DNA from: Balanoglossus misakiensis
Lineage: Eukaryota > Animalia > Hemichordata
Assembly (NCBI GenBank): GCA_040954595.2
Contig: CM082586.2
Span: 587,123 to 651,122, forward strand
Direction of reading: 5' to 3'
DNA: 64,000 nucleotides
The translations under genes and the position numbers were made by a program. The notes under the pieces are model-generated. The model saw only the letters and a list, made by a program, of their open reading frames with translations, was not told where the DNA came from and made no database searches. Below are positions 49,792 to 61,634 of the stretch, one piece after another. How positions within the stretch are numbered: the first letter of the stretch is position 1; each line of letters begins with the position of its first letter.

Positions 49792-50874
49792 CTCAAACGT
49801 AATGAAGCGGATCCAACGGTGTTTCTTGCTTTGGACAAGTTGTCACACCACAGCATTAACGACAAGCTATGAATCTCAACAACGAACAACTTAAAAAGAT
49901 GTTCACAATTTTAAACGCTCTGATATAACTTCGGAAACGGAGATTGGCTTCGAGTTGGGAGTACAGACAGGTTTTCCAGTGTTGTTTTAAATCATTTCCA
50001 TCGATTGACAACGAACAAAACTCGTTTTGAATGATATCTGAATAAGAGGAACGTCACACTAACATTACTCAAAGTCTCTTTGCTGCTAAAACGCGTTAGA
50101 TTACCCTTAGCAGGGTCTATCGCACTACTACTTCGTTGTTGATCTGAACAAGCTTGTTTGACCAATTGACAAAAATAGTGATATTCGTTTTAGTGCTAAG
50201 TGCAAACACTACCGGTTTACAGGCCAGTTGGAGTCGGATGGACAAAGAGAATGGTGTCACCTTGCCCTCGCATGCAATGCTTCATATAACTTTCAACCAG
50301 TATCCGCTTTCTTCATTGGTGGACAACGTTTATCTCTGCACGTCTACTGACTTGCGTTGCGTCGCAAAAGATCAGGCTTTAGGCCTCACTGGGGATAAGA
50401 GACATTTGGTTCTTGTACATTGTATGTGGTGAAGAGTACTCGGTCCTTGGCTGACTATCTGTACCGTGACATACTTCAGCAAGACGTCACATGACACATG
50501 TATTCATGGTATATGACATGACATGACATGTAGCATTCAAAGGACTGTGCTTTACAATCCATCGTCCCAGACATACATTCATCCAACGAACCAACCGTCC
50601 TGTCATCCTTGCAGTAATTTATTGATATACGCATGCATGCGTGCATGGATACTTTATTATTAACACACCTCATCCCCTGACCGGGGTGACCAGGGTATTT
50701 AAAACGTAATATCATTACATACTATATACTTTGACATTATGTTCCATATACTTATATAATTCTGACGTCGAATAGTTTATGTGTACAGTTCTTGCTTGGA
50801 TTGTTGTTGACCTTTTGGAATATTGTTGCAGGTCATGCCACAAACTGACTCGGTAGGGACATTTAATTAATTAA

Positions 50875-53804
50875 TTAATTGATTGATTGATAATCCGTCA
50901 GTCCACCTTCTTTGAACCGTTCTTGCTGTTGCTGTCTCCTCTCTGTGCGCATCCTATCAAATAGTTTGTCGATAGAGGGCAGTGTAAACGCTACCAAAGA
51001 TACCAGTATGAACACACTTCCCGCTATCAAAAATGCACCATCGTAAACTCCATAAGTGTCGCGCATCCAACCTAGCAAAATCAGAATGCAGGAGCTTTAA
51101 AATGTTTTAGAATATTAACATTAAAACACATTTCACACGCAGTTTGTGCATATTAGCAAGTCAAAATACTTGAGAAATGCCAGTATTACACTGTATACAT
51201 GAAGACGAAGTCTCATCATCTTAAAAAACATCTTTGCCCGTACTTTTAATTTGTGGATACTAAAGAAGAGAAAACAAAGCTATTTGGCTTTAGCAAAGCA
51301 GTTTTGATTTTTACAGCAGCAGTTGTATTGGATGGATGGAAGTCAAATGCATTCTTACCTGCAAACGGTCCGCCAAGCAGACACATGATTCCCTCGGCCT
51401 GTATCATCAAAGATGTGATCAGTCCAATATTTTGTTGGCCACGAAATTCTGCCACCATGAGGGGTACATGAACAATAAAACCACCCATAGACATACCAAA
51501 GGCTCCAATATAACATATTTGTGCTAGAAATGAATATGGTTGAGATTGGAATGAAATGAGATAATAGGACGGAGCTCTAGGAAAGCATTATATTTTGATC
51601 AGTGACTACAAAAATTTTATTGCATTCAGACTAGAGATATCTATCGATGTCATATGCTTGTCGCGTGTTTGAACATGATTTTATATGGAGCGGTACATCC
51701 CCACCAATTAATACGGACCACTTTTATTCCGGACACTTACCTTCAAAAGTCGTTAGGTAAACACTGGTAACAGTTAAAACGCCACACAATCCAACGCAAG
51801 TGCCGAATACTTTGTGTGCCTTGACATTGAATATGTGTCCAAGGGCTCCAGACATAGGCCGACCAATCAGTTGTGCTAATCCCATCACAGCTGGTATGTA
51901 AGCACTTTGTGTGTCTTCTATTCCAAAGTCACGAGCTCGCTTAACCTTAAGGGGATACAATCACGTAATTGTAAATAGTTAGTTGTGTCCGTGTTACTTG
52001 TTTTATTAGTCACATAATGTGATTTTACTAATTGGCAGATATATCAATGATATATCAATAAATTACCACAGAATCATATCTCCCTGGGCAGTTTCTACTC
52101 GAAAAGATTCCCAGCTACCCCGACCCATACGGACATGGACAACAATATTACATAGACTACACCGGTTTCTCAGTCATATAACAATCTCGTCCTAGTATTC
52201 AGGATTGATATGGTTGTTACTGCGTTATGATATTGTGTCAACCTCTCCTAGATGTTGGAAGTTAGAGAGTATCTGGGTCTAATTGTTTACACATTTCTCA
52301 AAAATAAGGGTGTAGTTTTGTTGAAAAGTCTTGTTGAATGGATATCTTGAAATTGTGTTGAACGAGCATGGTACATATTTCGTCTGAGATACCACCATAT
52401 ACCCTATAGGTCAATGTATAGACATACCACGTGGATTAAAACAGCAAACAAAGAAAATCCAAATGCGAAAGCCATGAGCACCAAAACTAAGCACATTGGA
52501 TTGCTCAGCAATGACAGTCCCATCCCAGTTTTAAGAAATGATAAAACTGAACTAAAACAAGTCCGCCTTTTCTGTTGTAGACTTGCTTCTTTTTGTGATG
52601 TCATGTCTGACGTTACTAAGGCGTTCCTGTCACCGGTATGTTCGATGTCTTGGTCCTGTTCGTCATCTTTCACAGTATCTGGGAGAATCATGTCCAGTGA
52701 TTCAGATGTCGAAACTGTCGCATCCATGGGCAATGGCCTGTAGAGAGCGCCTGCAACACACGAATGTGCCACGGTCCCTGATAATAGCACCAGTGTTGCT
52801 CTCCATCCGTACTTTTCTATCAATGAGTGTGTTAACAGTGAAAATAACAACTGACCAGCACCGGTGCCTGCCATGCCAATACCCATAGCAATGTTCAACT
52901 TGTCTTTGAAGTACATGCCAACCATTTCAATACTGACTACGTACGTCAGACCAAAACTGATACCTGATGAATTAAAGATACACTTTCGTAGTAAAGAAAA
53001 TATTTGGATGACGATAGTTCAGAGTAATAAGTGATGACATTAGCATAGAGGGCGAACGTACGGTAGAACACAGAGAATATCGCGATCAAGTAACAACAGT
53101 AGGCCTAAAAGTGTTAATATAAAATGACCATGCGCTAAAATTGCCATTAACAATTGGCGTTAATTACCGAACACCGAGGTACATTTCTGACAAATGATTG
53201 AGTTCAGTGTGTAATGACCTATCATGTAATGCATGTGTTAACTTTAACTTGATTGCATTTTGTTGACTAGAAGTTTTGATACTGAAAATAGCGATAGATA
53301 TGACTTATAATATATTACCAGTGTCTCACCTGCCACTATACCATAAGTGAAGTACAAATGATAAAGTTCCGTCACGAAGGCACTTGAGAAAACTGCACAG
53401 GTTGCCACAAATCCTGATAGCATCACTGTTTTCCGATGTCCAATTTTATGGGCAATGGCAACTCCAAGACTGGCTGTTATGCATGAGCAAAAGGTAAAAA
53501 TGGATCCAACCCATGCTTTTGGAACAAAGGGATCAAAATGATTTTATTAGTGGTGACTTGTGGGGAAAGAGAACTGGTTGCCTTCTACAACAATCATTCA
53601 ACTAAAAGCCCTCATAATTAACATTACACACTTACCAGTGGCAGTCTTGGATTTTCCAAATGCATCAAGAAACACAACAAACAGAACTCCAGTAGAATAG
53701 ATATTGCCAGATATCATCATGTTATTGGTAAATAAGCCCAGAACAACGAACCAACCCCATCCCCCATCGGGGTATTTCCTCTCTGAAGGTTTGGGGTCAA
53801 ACAT
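50875..53804 (-). CDS. SLC16 family transporter, copy 2, 485 aa, 6 coding exons
   Basis: Exons 53804-53636, 53515-53330, 52963-52428, 51945-51741, 51523-51359, 51071-50875. PDGGWGWFVV motif; same internal exon sizes (186, 205, 165) as the paralogs. Confidence 0.93.
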
Positions 53805-54002
53805 CTTGAAGTTAAAGTTGAAGTAAGATGTTGAATTGCGTTGGTGGCTGTCTAATTAATTCTCATTCACTTCCGTTGCCATTCATGTGGTCATTTGTAT
53901 AACAAAAACTGTAGGCCTAAATAAGCGTACAACTATTTAATCCTAAAATAGAAGAATACAGCGATGAAAGGGTCAGATATCCTCCATGTGTGTGGGTGTT
54001 AA

Positions 54003-54411
54003 AGCACAGGGGGCTGCAAACATGAAAGTTATAAATGGCGGAGTACGTTCCGTTCTGCGTTTTCCCCACCTGTCTTATCATTAGCTAATCCAGAATAAAA
54101 GCTATCGCATTTCCTATTAAGCACCTGCTAACGACTTAATCTGTGTGCCCCATCCACGGATTTAATTGATAAAGTAAACATCGGTCAGCGAGTACTTTTA
54201 CCGAGTGAGAACTTACCGATGTTTACTTTATCCACTAAATCCGTGGATGGGGCATACAGATTAAGTCGTTAGCAGGTGCTTTATGGGAAATGCGATAGCT
54301 TGTATTCTGGATTAGCAAACAAGCACAAAGACTGTTCATCAAGTAATGTTTATTGGGGGAAAATGCAGAAACTCCGCCAGTTATAACTTTCATGTTTGCA
54401 GCCCCTTGTGG
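54003..54411. mobile_element. Fold-back (near-palindromic) MITE-like element flanked by TTAA
   Basis: Outer arms gggctgcaaacatgaaagttata..ggcggagt and its complement. Inner arms of ~105 bp (54083-54186 vs 54213-54317) are nearly perfectly complementary. TTAA at 53999-54002 and 54412-54415. Confidence 0.8.
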
Positions 54412-55555
54412 TTAAAGAGGTGGAATCCAATTCTGACAACCGTAAATAGGTATACCAGCAACACGCATGAGTTTTTGTTTTTAATGTGAAAATGGGTTCG
54501 TGAGTGAAAGTATTTTTAACCTTTTTAACCATTGAGTTTGTCTAGTGTTCACACTAGCTGTCGATGTTCATGTAAAACTGGAATAACATTCATATGTGGT
54601 CACTATAAGATCAAATGTTGCTAAACTCGCCTGATGCTCAACTAGCATTTATCAAAACGCCTTACCTTTCCATGTACTGGATTCTTTTCAATATTGGTTG
54701 CAAGAACAAAATGTCAGTTGATAGTCGTGTTAATGGCCATAATCCCATTAGGTTTAACCAGCAGCAAATAGATCAGATACATGCATGGTCCTAATTTTAC
54801 CTAAGTATGTTCGACAGAGAAAGACTTGACACAATTTCTTCTCTGTGTTTTACTTCTGTCATGAATATTATACTGCTCTGATGTACATGAAAGCATGATT
54901 TGATGCTTGAAGATTACTTACCATAACTTCAATCAGACGACAATTGTAAGCATGACCGCTCATAGACAGACACCCCTCAACTATTTATGATTATAAAAAG
55001 ACTCGAGCGCTCATGAATAATTCATGATCTGCTCTTCTGTTCGAAAAATACAAATACAGTCTCATTGCACGAGCTTATACTTTATTGTCTTCAGACACAA
55101 TCATTGCAGTAGCACTGTAGTAAATTTGATAACATTGAAAAATGAAATTTAACCACAATGCCATTATATGAAATATATACATATACACAATTAAAAATTA
55201 ATGCGTTATTATCATGATTATTATTATACTTTATTAAAAGAGGGTACTCTGATTACAATAAATAAATCGTAATTTACATCAGGGCCCGCCAGAGCTAAAC
55301 AATAGATCAGGGAGATGTTAAAAAGAGTAATGTATAAACAATGAATGTAAAATGACAAAGAGAACTAGGAAATAAAAACTTCCAAGTATGTAAATATGTA
55401 ATGATTTAAAATCATGCAATAAGGAAGGCTGCTGAGAAATCATAGGAATGTGAAATTGGCCGGGCATTCACAAATTTATTTTGGTCACCCTGTGAACATC
55501 TGTTATTTGACCTGCACCATATAAGTCTTTTTTAGTGACAGACAAAGTGATCCTT

Positions 55556-58355
55556 CTATTTCTTTTCTTCACATGTTTCTTGGGTCTGGCGTCTCTGTTC
55601 AGCACTCTTCTTTTTCAATAGTTTGTCAATAGAGGGCAGTGTTAAAGATACGATAGCTACCACCATGAATATACTTCCTGCTACCCAGAATGCAATGTCA
55701 TAGACACCATAAATGTCACGTATCCAACCTTGACAAAATAAAAGAAGAAATGTAGAAAATAATGTGCAACCATAACAACAGATGTAGTACATGTAATTCA
55801 CTTATATATACAGGTATATGTAGTCAACCTGTCTATAGTGGCCTGTCAAGCTACTTCCCTAAACCAGCCTTTGTAGACAGGTGGCCAACTATTGTACACG
55901 TAAATTGCTCAGGGACTATAACAAAGTGGCCACTATACTTACTAGCTGTATGTTAAACACATCCCATGTATCAGAAAGTTGTCTTAATGCATTACAAACC
56001 TGCAAAAGGCCCACTGGCCAGTGCTACAATTCCCTGAGCCTGTACCATTAAAGATGTCCCTGCTCCAATATCCTTCTGGCCCAAGAATTCTGCTGCCACA
56101 AGTGGAACGTATACAATGTAACCACCCATTGTGATACCAAAGCAACCAATAAAGCATAGTTGTCCTAAAAATTAACATTAGGAGTGGAATAACATGATTA
56201 CTGGTCTTGTACATAACAGCACTTACCTCTGAGCCTTGCTTCAAAATAGTCTTGTAAAATTTCCTAATACTTATGTTGTGTTGATAAACTAAATACTGGG
56301 ATTTCATCATGGTTCAGGAAATGGGTAGATACACAAAACAAAAATACTGAAATCATAAGTAGAAATTACAGCTACTGGAGCTTTAATACCTTACCTATAA
56401 AAGTTGTAATGTAAGTACTGGATGCAGTTAAAATACCACATAGTGCCAGGCAAATACCAAATACCACATGAGCTTTAATATGAGGTGAGTGTCCAAGGGC
56501 TCCTGACAATGGCCGACCAATCAGTTGTGCTAATCCCATCACAGCTGGTATGTAAGCACTCTGTGTGTCTCCTATTCCAAAGTCACGACCTCGTCGAACC
56601 TTGAGGAGAGAATATCAGAAATTGAATTACTGTAGCAATGTGTAAACATGTTTTTGATATCAATTGTCACTCAGAATAGGGTATCCCTTATAGTTAATTT
56701 CCTCTGAATTGTAATCTCTAGATTCAATACCTACTGATTCTATACCATTATTTTGCAAGAATTCACATTTGATGTATACATTGGGTGTATACGAGTCAGT
56801 CAATACTGCTCAATATTTCCATCACTAAAACCACTTTTCAATTGTTTCACAAACATATCAAGTACGTGTACACCCCTGGGGCCCAACAAAAGCACACTTA
56901 CCATGTGGATCAGAACAATAAATTGAGAAAGTCCAAACCCAAGAGACAGTAACACCAAAATTTGACATATCGGATCCTTGAGCACTGATAATCCTATGAC
57001 AAGTTTTAAAAATGTCAACACTGAACTGCAACAAGTCTGTCTTTTCTGAGGTTCATCTTCTTGTAAAGCAACTGTAGGTTGTGTAACATGATCTTCAGAT
57101 TCATGTGTTTTATTGCCATTTTCTGTGTCCTGCTCAAGATCTATGTCTACCTGAATACCAATATCTGAATGTGAGCAATTTGTTTCATCGTAGACATTCT
57201 CAGTTTGTGCAGTTTCATTTGGTGTGGCGTCCACTTTTGCAGCCGGTGGCCTAAAGAGGGCGCCTGCAACACACACATGAGCAACAAGCCCAGCCAGTAT
57301 CATCATGGTTCCCCTCCATCCATAGGTTTCTACCAAGAGTTGGGTCAAAGGTGATAATGTAAGCTGTCCAGCACCGGTCCCTGCCAGGCCAAATCCAACA
57401 GCAATGGTCAGTCTCTGCTTGAAGTATAGACTAATCATTTCAATACCAGTAGTATACGTCAGACCTAGGCTGCAACCTGTTTGGATAATTAATATGACAT
57501 AAAAGAAAATGTTGATTTAAATATGAAAAATATCAACACCCATTTTACAGGAAAAATGGTTAAATTAAGTGACAGAGATAAATAAGGATAAGCGTGAAGG
57601 GTTAGTAGCAATTGACTGCAACTCACCTGCCACTATACCATAAGTGAAGTACAAATGATAAAGTTCAGTCGCAAAGGCACTTGAGAAAACTCCACAAGTT
57701 GCTATTAATCCTGATAGCATCACTGTTTTCCGATGTCCAATTTTATGGGCAATGGCCAGTCCAAGACTGCACGACCCACAGAAACAAACAGAATAAATTG
57801 ACCCAATCCATGCTAAAGTACAAAGAAAACTGGTTAATGGTTGTACACAGTCAAACCTGTGTTAGTGGCCACCTCTATATAGTGACCACTAAGTTACATA
57901 TAATTATAATGTGATACTAGTATACAATGTACAGTTAAGCACTTCATGAAAACATTATCTACCATAACCATTTTTTTTAAAGTAATGACATATCCATGTG
58001 ACATTGTTATTTACTTTGATTGGCTCTGCTTGGCAGGGCAATGTGTCTTATAGCGTTGCATCCGCACCACAGTGTGTCTTGAGGGATCACTGTTAGACAC
58101 ACAGCCCTGCCACACAGAGCTATACGTTGATATGCTAATCAGTGTATTGCTCAGTTTATATAGGTCAACAAGACACTTACCAGTAACAGCCTTGGATTTA
58201 CCAAACGCATCCAGATAGGTAGCATACAACACTCCTACAGAATACAAACTGCCAGCTCCTATCATTCCATTAATGAAAGACCCCAAAACAATCAACCAAC
58301 CCCATCCACCATCTGGGGGATTACTTTTCATCTTCAAAGGTTTGGTGTTAGTCAT
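55556..58355 (-). CDS. SLC16 family transporter, copy 3, 492 aa, 6 coding exons
   Basis: Exons 58355-58181, 57812-57627, 57476-56902, 56599-56395, 56164-56000, 55728-55556. Motifs [11 protein letters not shown] and YFKQRLTIAVG. Confidence 0.93.
55815..55940. mobile_element. Degraded MITE fragment; a related fragment lies at ~57848-57890
   Basis: Shared agtcaa(a)cctgt..tagtggcc motif and partial inverted copy gacaggtggcc. Confidence 0.4.
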
Positions 58356-60383
58356 ACTGAAACAACTGCAACGTAGAATTTCACTTAGATAAAATGGTTG
58401 TGATAATATACTCATCTGTATTCTGAAGTTCAGAGGTCAAATATCCAGTATTTACGTGACCAGAATGGCAAAGATGAACAGACACAAAAGAAAACAGCAT
58501 GGCACAGACAATCAACAAAGCACTCTCAAAGCCATTAGTCAGTGAAGTGAAAGAAAGGTCGATGGACCAGGAAGTGTCATGAAATAAAACTGTACATTAT
58601 ACAAGGTGAAACTGTTCCAATCTATACACAGATCTCACATTTTTGAGAGCTAAACACAATTAGAAAGTGACCTTCTGTAGAAAGCCGCTTCAACTCCCAG
58701 TTGGAAATGCACTAAAACCTTTAGAGCAGTCAGCAAGGCCTTCAAAATCAAATCTCCGAAGTGCATGTACTTTTATTTATTAACACTGGGTGACGCACAA
58801 GTCGACCTTCGTCACTGACTGTTTCCAAGGTTACACTGAGAGAAACATGATGACCTTGAAGCTGAATGGTGCGTCATACTATAGCTTATAGGACGGCCAA
58901 GTTCACAGTTTGAATTTAAATAATGTTGATTGATTTATTGCTTTATGCACAACGATTGCTCATATGACTTGGTTCCCAGCCTTCTCACATGTAGCTATGG
59001 AAACGCAGTGGGGGAATTAGCATATCCCCACAGTACAGCTGTGTGTCCAATCGCCGTGTGTAACAACCCTCGCGCGATTTTATCGTAACATGATAGAAAG
59101 TATTGTTTTATAGTTTACCGTACCTGCAATGGCGTATTGGCTTGCTTTCTGCTAGCGGAATCCGAGAGCCATTAACTTCAAGATCACGTCTATTACAGGG
59201 TTTATCCTGTTACTGAGAGCACCCTATTGTCTTCTATCTGACTGTATGAATCCTTAATACGTGTGACAAGGATTGTCTTCCGCTAGTGTATCTTCAATTT
59301 AATATAACCATGCAGACTCCGATCTGACTCATATCCGCACTATTCTGATCACTTGTACCAAAGGGCCCCTCTCACTCACTTTATAAAATATCTACATGTA
59401 CTTAAACTTTGGACTTAATGCCATTGGGGGCGCTGGTCGAAAGTCGCCAGATTTTGACATTTTTTGGGATGCAGGATTCCGGGCTTTGGTCTGTGGATTT
59501 TAACGTTCAGGTTGTAAACTGAAAGTGTTAGAATAGCGGAATCGAAATCTGTTATAAAAATTAAATTCAGTTGCAAAAACTTGCGATTTTCTTGTCAGAT
59601 ATGATGGTGGCCTTTCAATGAATACAATTTTGACACATAAGATTGGTCTTGCGGTGCGCGAACGACCGCTCGTTTATTTTCTCCCAAAGCCTGCTGACAA
59701 TAATTGAAGTTAACTTCTACCTCTACATTTCAAATACTGTAATACTAAATTGAAATGTCACATTTATTTAGTTTACATTTTGAGGATATGCAGCAGAAAT
59801 AAGTGATACTATTTTTTAATTGTTAAACAGAATAAACAATATTTACCCTATAAACACGTATGATCTAGCCAAGCTAATATTCGTGTTTGTTTTTGTAAAA
59901 TTGAAATTGTTGCGCCGTTTTTACATTTATATAATAATGGAATATATTATGATACATGAAATGTTTTATAGTTATCTTACAAGGTAAATGTATGTTTCAC
60001 TTTAACGACTTGAAAGCGAATTATTCTCGTACATATGGACCACTGCTACGTGAAAAGTTCCCTTCTTTGAATATTCAATCGAGATTTTCTGAACATGAAG
60101 TAGAACGTACAAGATAGTTATTAAGTTATTGTTGCTAGAAGTAATAAGATACAATGTTTATATTGCTTGTTTATATCGATGGGGAAGTTCACAAAATTTT
60201 ACTTTACATAGTTTGCAGTATATACAGCGTTTCTGTAAATGTCTTCATGCATACATACATGCATGCATGTATTTGTACTGTGACGTAACGCAGTAACAGT
60301 TCCTTAGCAACCACATACATCGATCTCTCAAGCATGTACATCATATTCTACTTGCACGTGATAGTACTTTCAGTTCAAGTAAT

Positions 60384-61634
60384 TCATATATGGCCTATTT
60401 CGCCAAATCGCGTTTCCTTGTAGGCAATATTATTTTCCGGATTCAGTTCAAACCTCCTTTTCCTGGGTATGTAACCAGTCTCTTCCAAGTTCAGCAGAAA
60501 TGCCTTCATTTTTGATTCATGCCTTTCTTGTTCCTCTTTTGTTTCTGCAAGTCGAAGTTGTCGTGCCTCTTCGAATTTCCATTTACTTGTGTAATAGTTT
60601 GCGTTTTCGTCTTCATGTCGCCCTAGCAACCGGGTGGTACCGTCTTGCTTTCCGTCGACTCCTTGAATTCTCGCCATCTGGTTGGCGAATTCCTTGTCAA
60701 AATCTTGTAAATTGCGAATATCTTCTTCTAATTTCTCTCTCCCTTGTGACTGCTGGAGCTGGAAAGAGGATTCTGATAGTGTTGGTGTCTGTTGTCTTGA
60801 TCTTGCCCCTTTCTTTGTGGGTTTTCCGTATTTCTGTTGGAGAGCCTTCCTCTGTCTTTCCATTTCTTCTGTGATATCCGGCCACCTCTCTTCCACGGGT
60901 TTGTTGAATTGCTCTCTTAGACGACACCTGACTTCTTGCACTGTCGGTCCAGTCTTGGACATGTAATGTTCCGTCAGTCGATCGAATGCACTTTTCGGTC
61001 GCTTTTCATTACCGCCGCGGCTTCCATGAAGGTGTCCGTTCGGTTTGTTCCTGTGCGGAGGTGCTGTCTTTACTCTACTCTGTCTTGCAGACGATCGCGG
61101 AGGTGACTGATCTATTCTCGGTGCGAACAATGATCGTGTCGAATGGCGACGTTCACGTTGGTTTTGATGGTGATGTTGGCTAAAATTGTTGTTTTGTATG
61201 GTCCACAGTGAAGTAGGTTTCAACAACTGATTTCCAAATCCTCGCTCTGAATTTTGAACAGGATCGACAAATCCATTTGCACTTTCTGTTCGAGATTTTG
61301 GGGTTTCAGGTGATTTTCTAGGTGAAAGGAGAGAGCCGTTTGATCCGCGCATATTAACAGAGAAATCACGCGAGTTCATCCTCGTCCTCATTTTTGCTTC
61401 TTCTTGTTCTTCAAATTCTTCCTCCATTTGTAACTTTTCTTTCATCATTTGAGTCAGCATCACCTTTTGCTGTTTGTCGAACAACTTCTGTTTTTGTTCC
61501 AGAAGACGGTTCTCACGAATGTTATTCAACCGCAGATCTTCTGATAACTCGCTCCGATGAGGAGTGGCGCCCCCACTGGACCATTTATGATATTCTCGAG
61601 ACGCCCTTTCTGTCCTCTTTTGATTTGAAGCCAT
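60384..61634 (-). CDS. Uncharacterised basic, low-complexity coiled-coil protein, ~416 aa, single coding exon
   Basis: 1.25-kb ORF from ATG 61634 (MASNQ). A splice acceptor with a pyrimidine tract lies upstream at 61695-61696. N-terminal coiled coil LRLNNIRENRLLEQKQKLFDKQQKVMLTQMMKEKLQMEEEF. Confidence 0.8.
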   Translation of the reverse strand: MASNQKRTERASREYHKWSSGGATPHRSELSEDLRLNNIRENRLLEQKQKLFDKQQKVMLTQMMKEKLQMEEEFEEQEEAKMRTRMNSRDFSVNMRGSNGSLLSPRKSPETPKSRTESANGFVDPVQNSERGFGNQLLKPTSLWTIQNNNFSQHHHQNQRERRHSTRSLFAPRIDQSPPRSSARQSRVKTAPPHRNKPNGHLHGSRGGNEKRPKSAFDRLTEHYMSKTGPTVQEVRCRLREQFNKPVEERWPDITEEMERQRKALQQKYGKPTKKGARSRQQTPTLSESSFQLQQSQGREKLEEDIRNLQDFDKEFANQMARIQGVDGKQDGTTRLLGRHEDENANYYTSKWKFEEARQLRLAETKEEQERHESKMKAFLLNLEETGYIPRKRRFELNPENNIAYKETRFGEIGHI

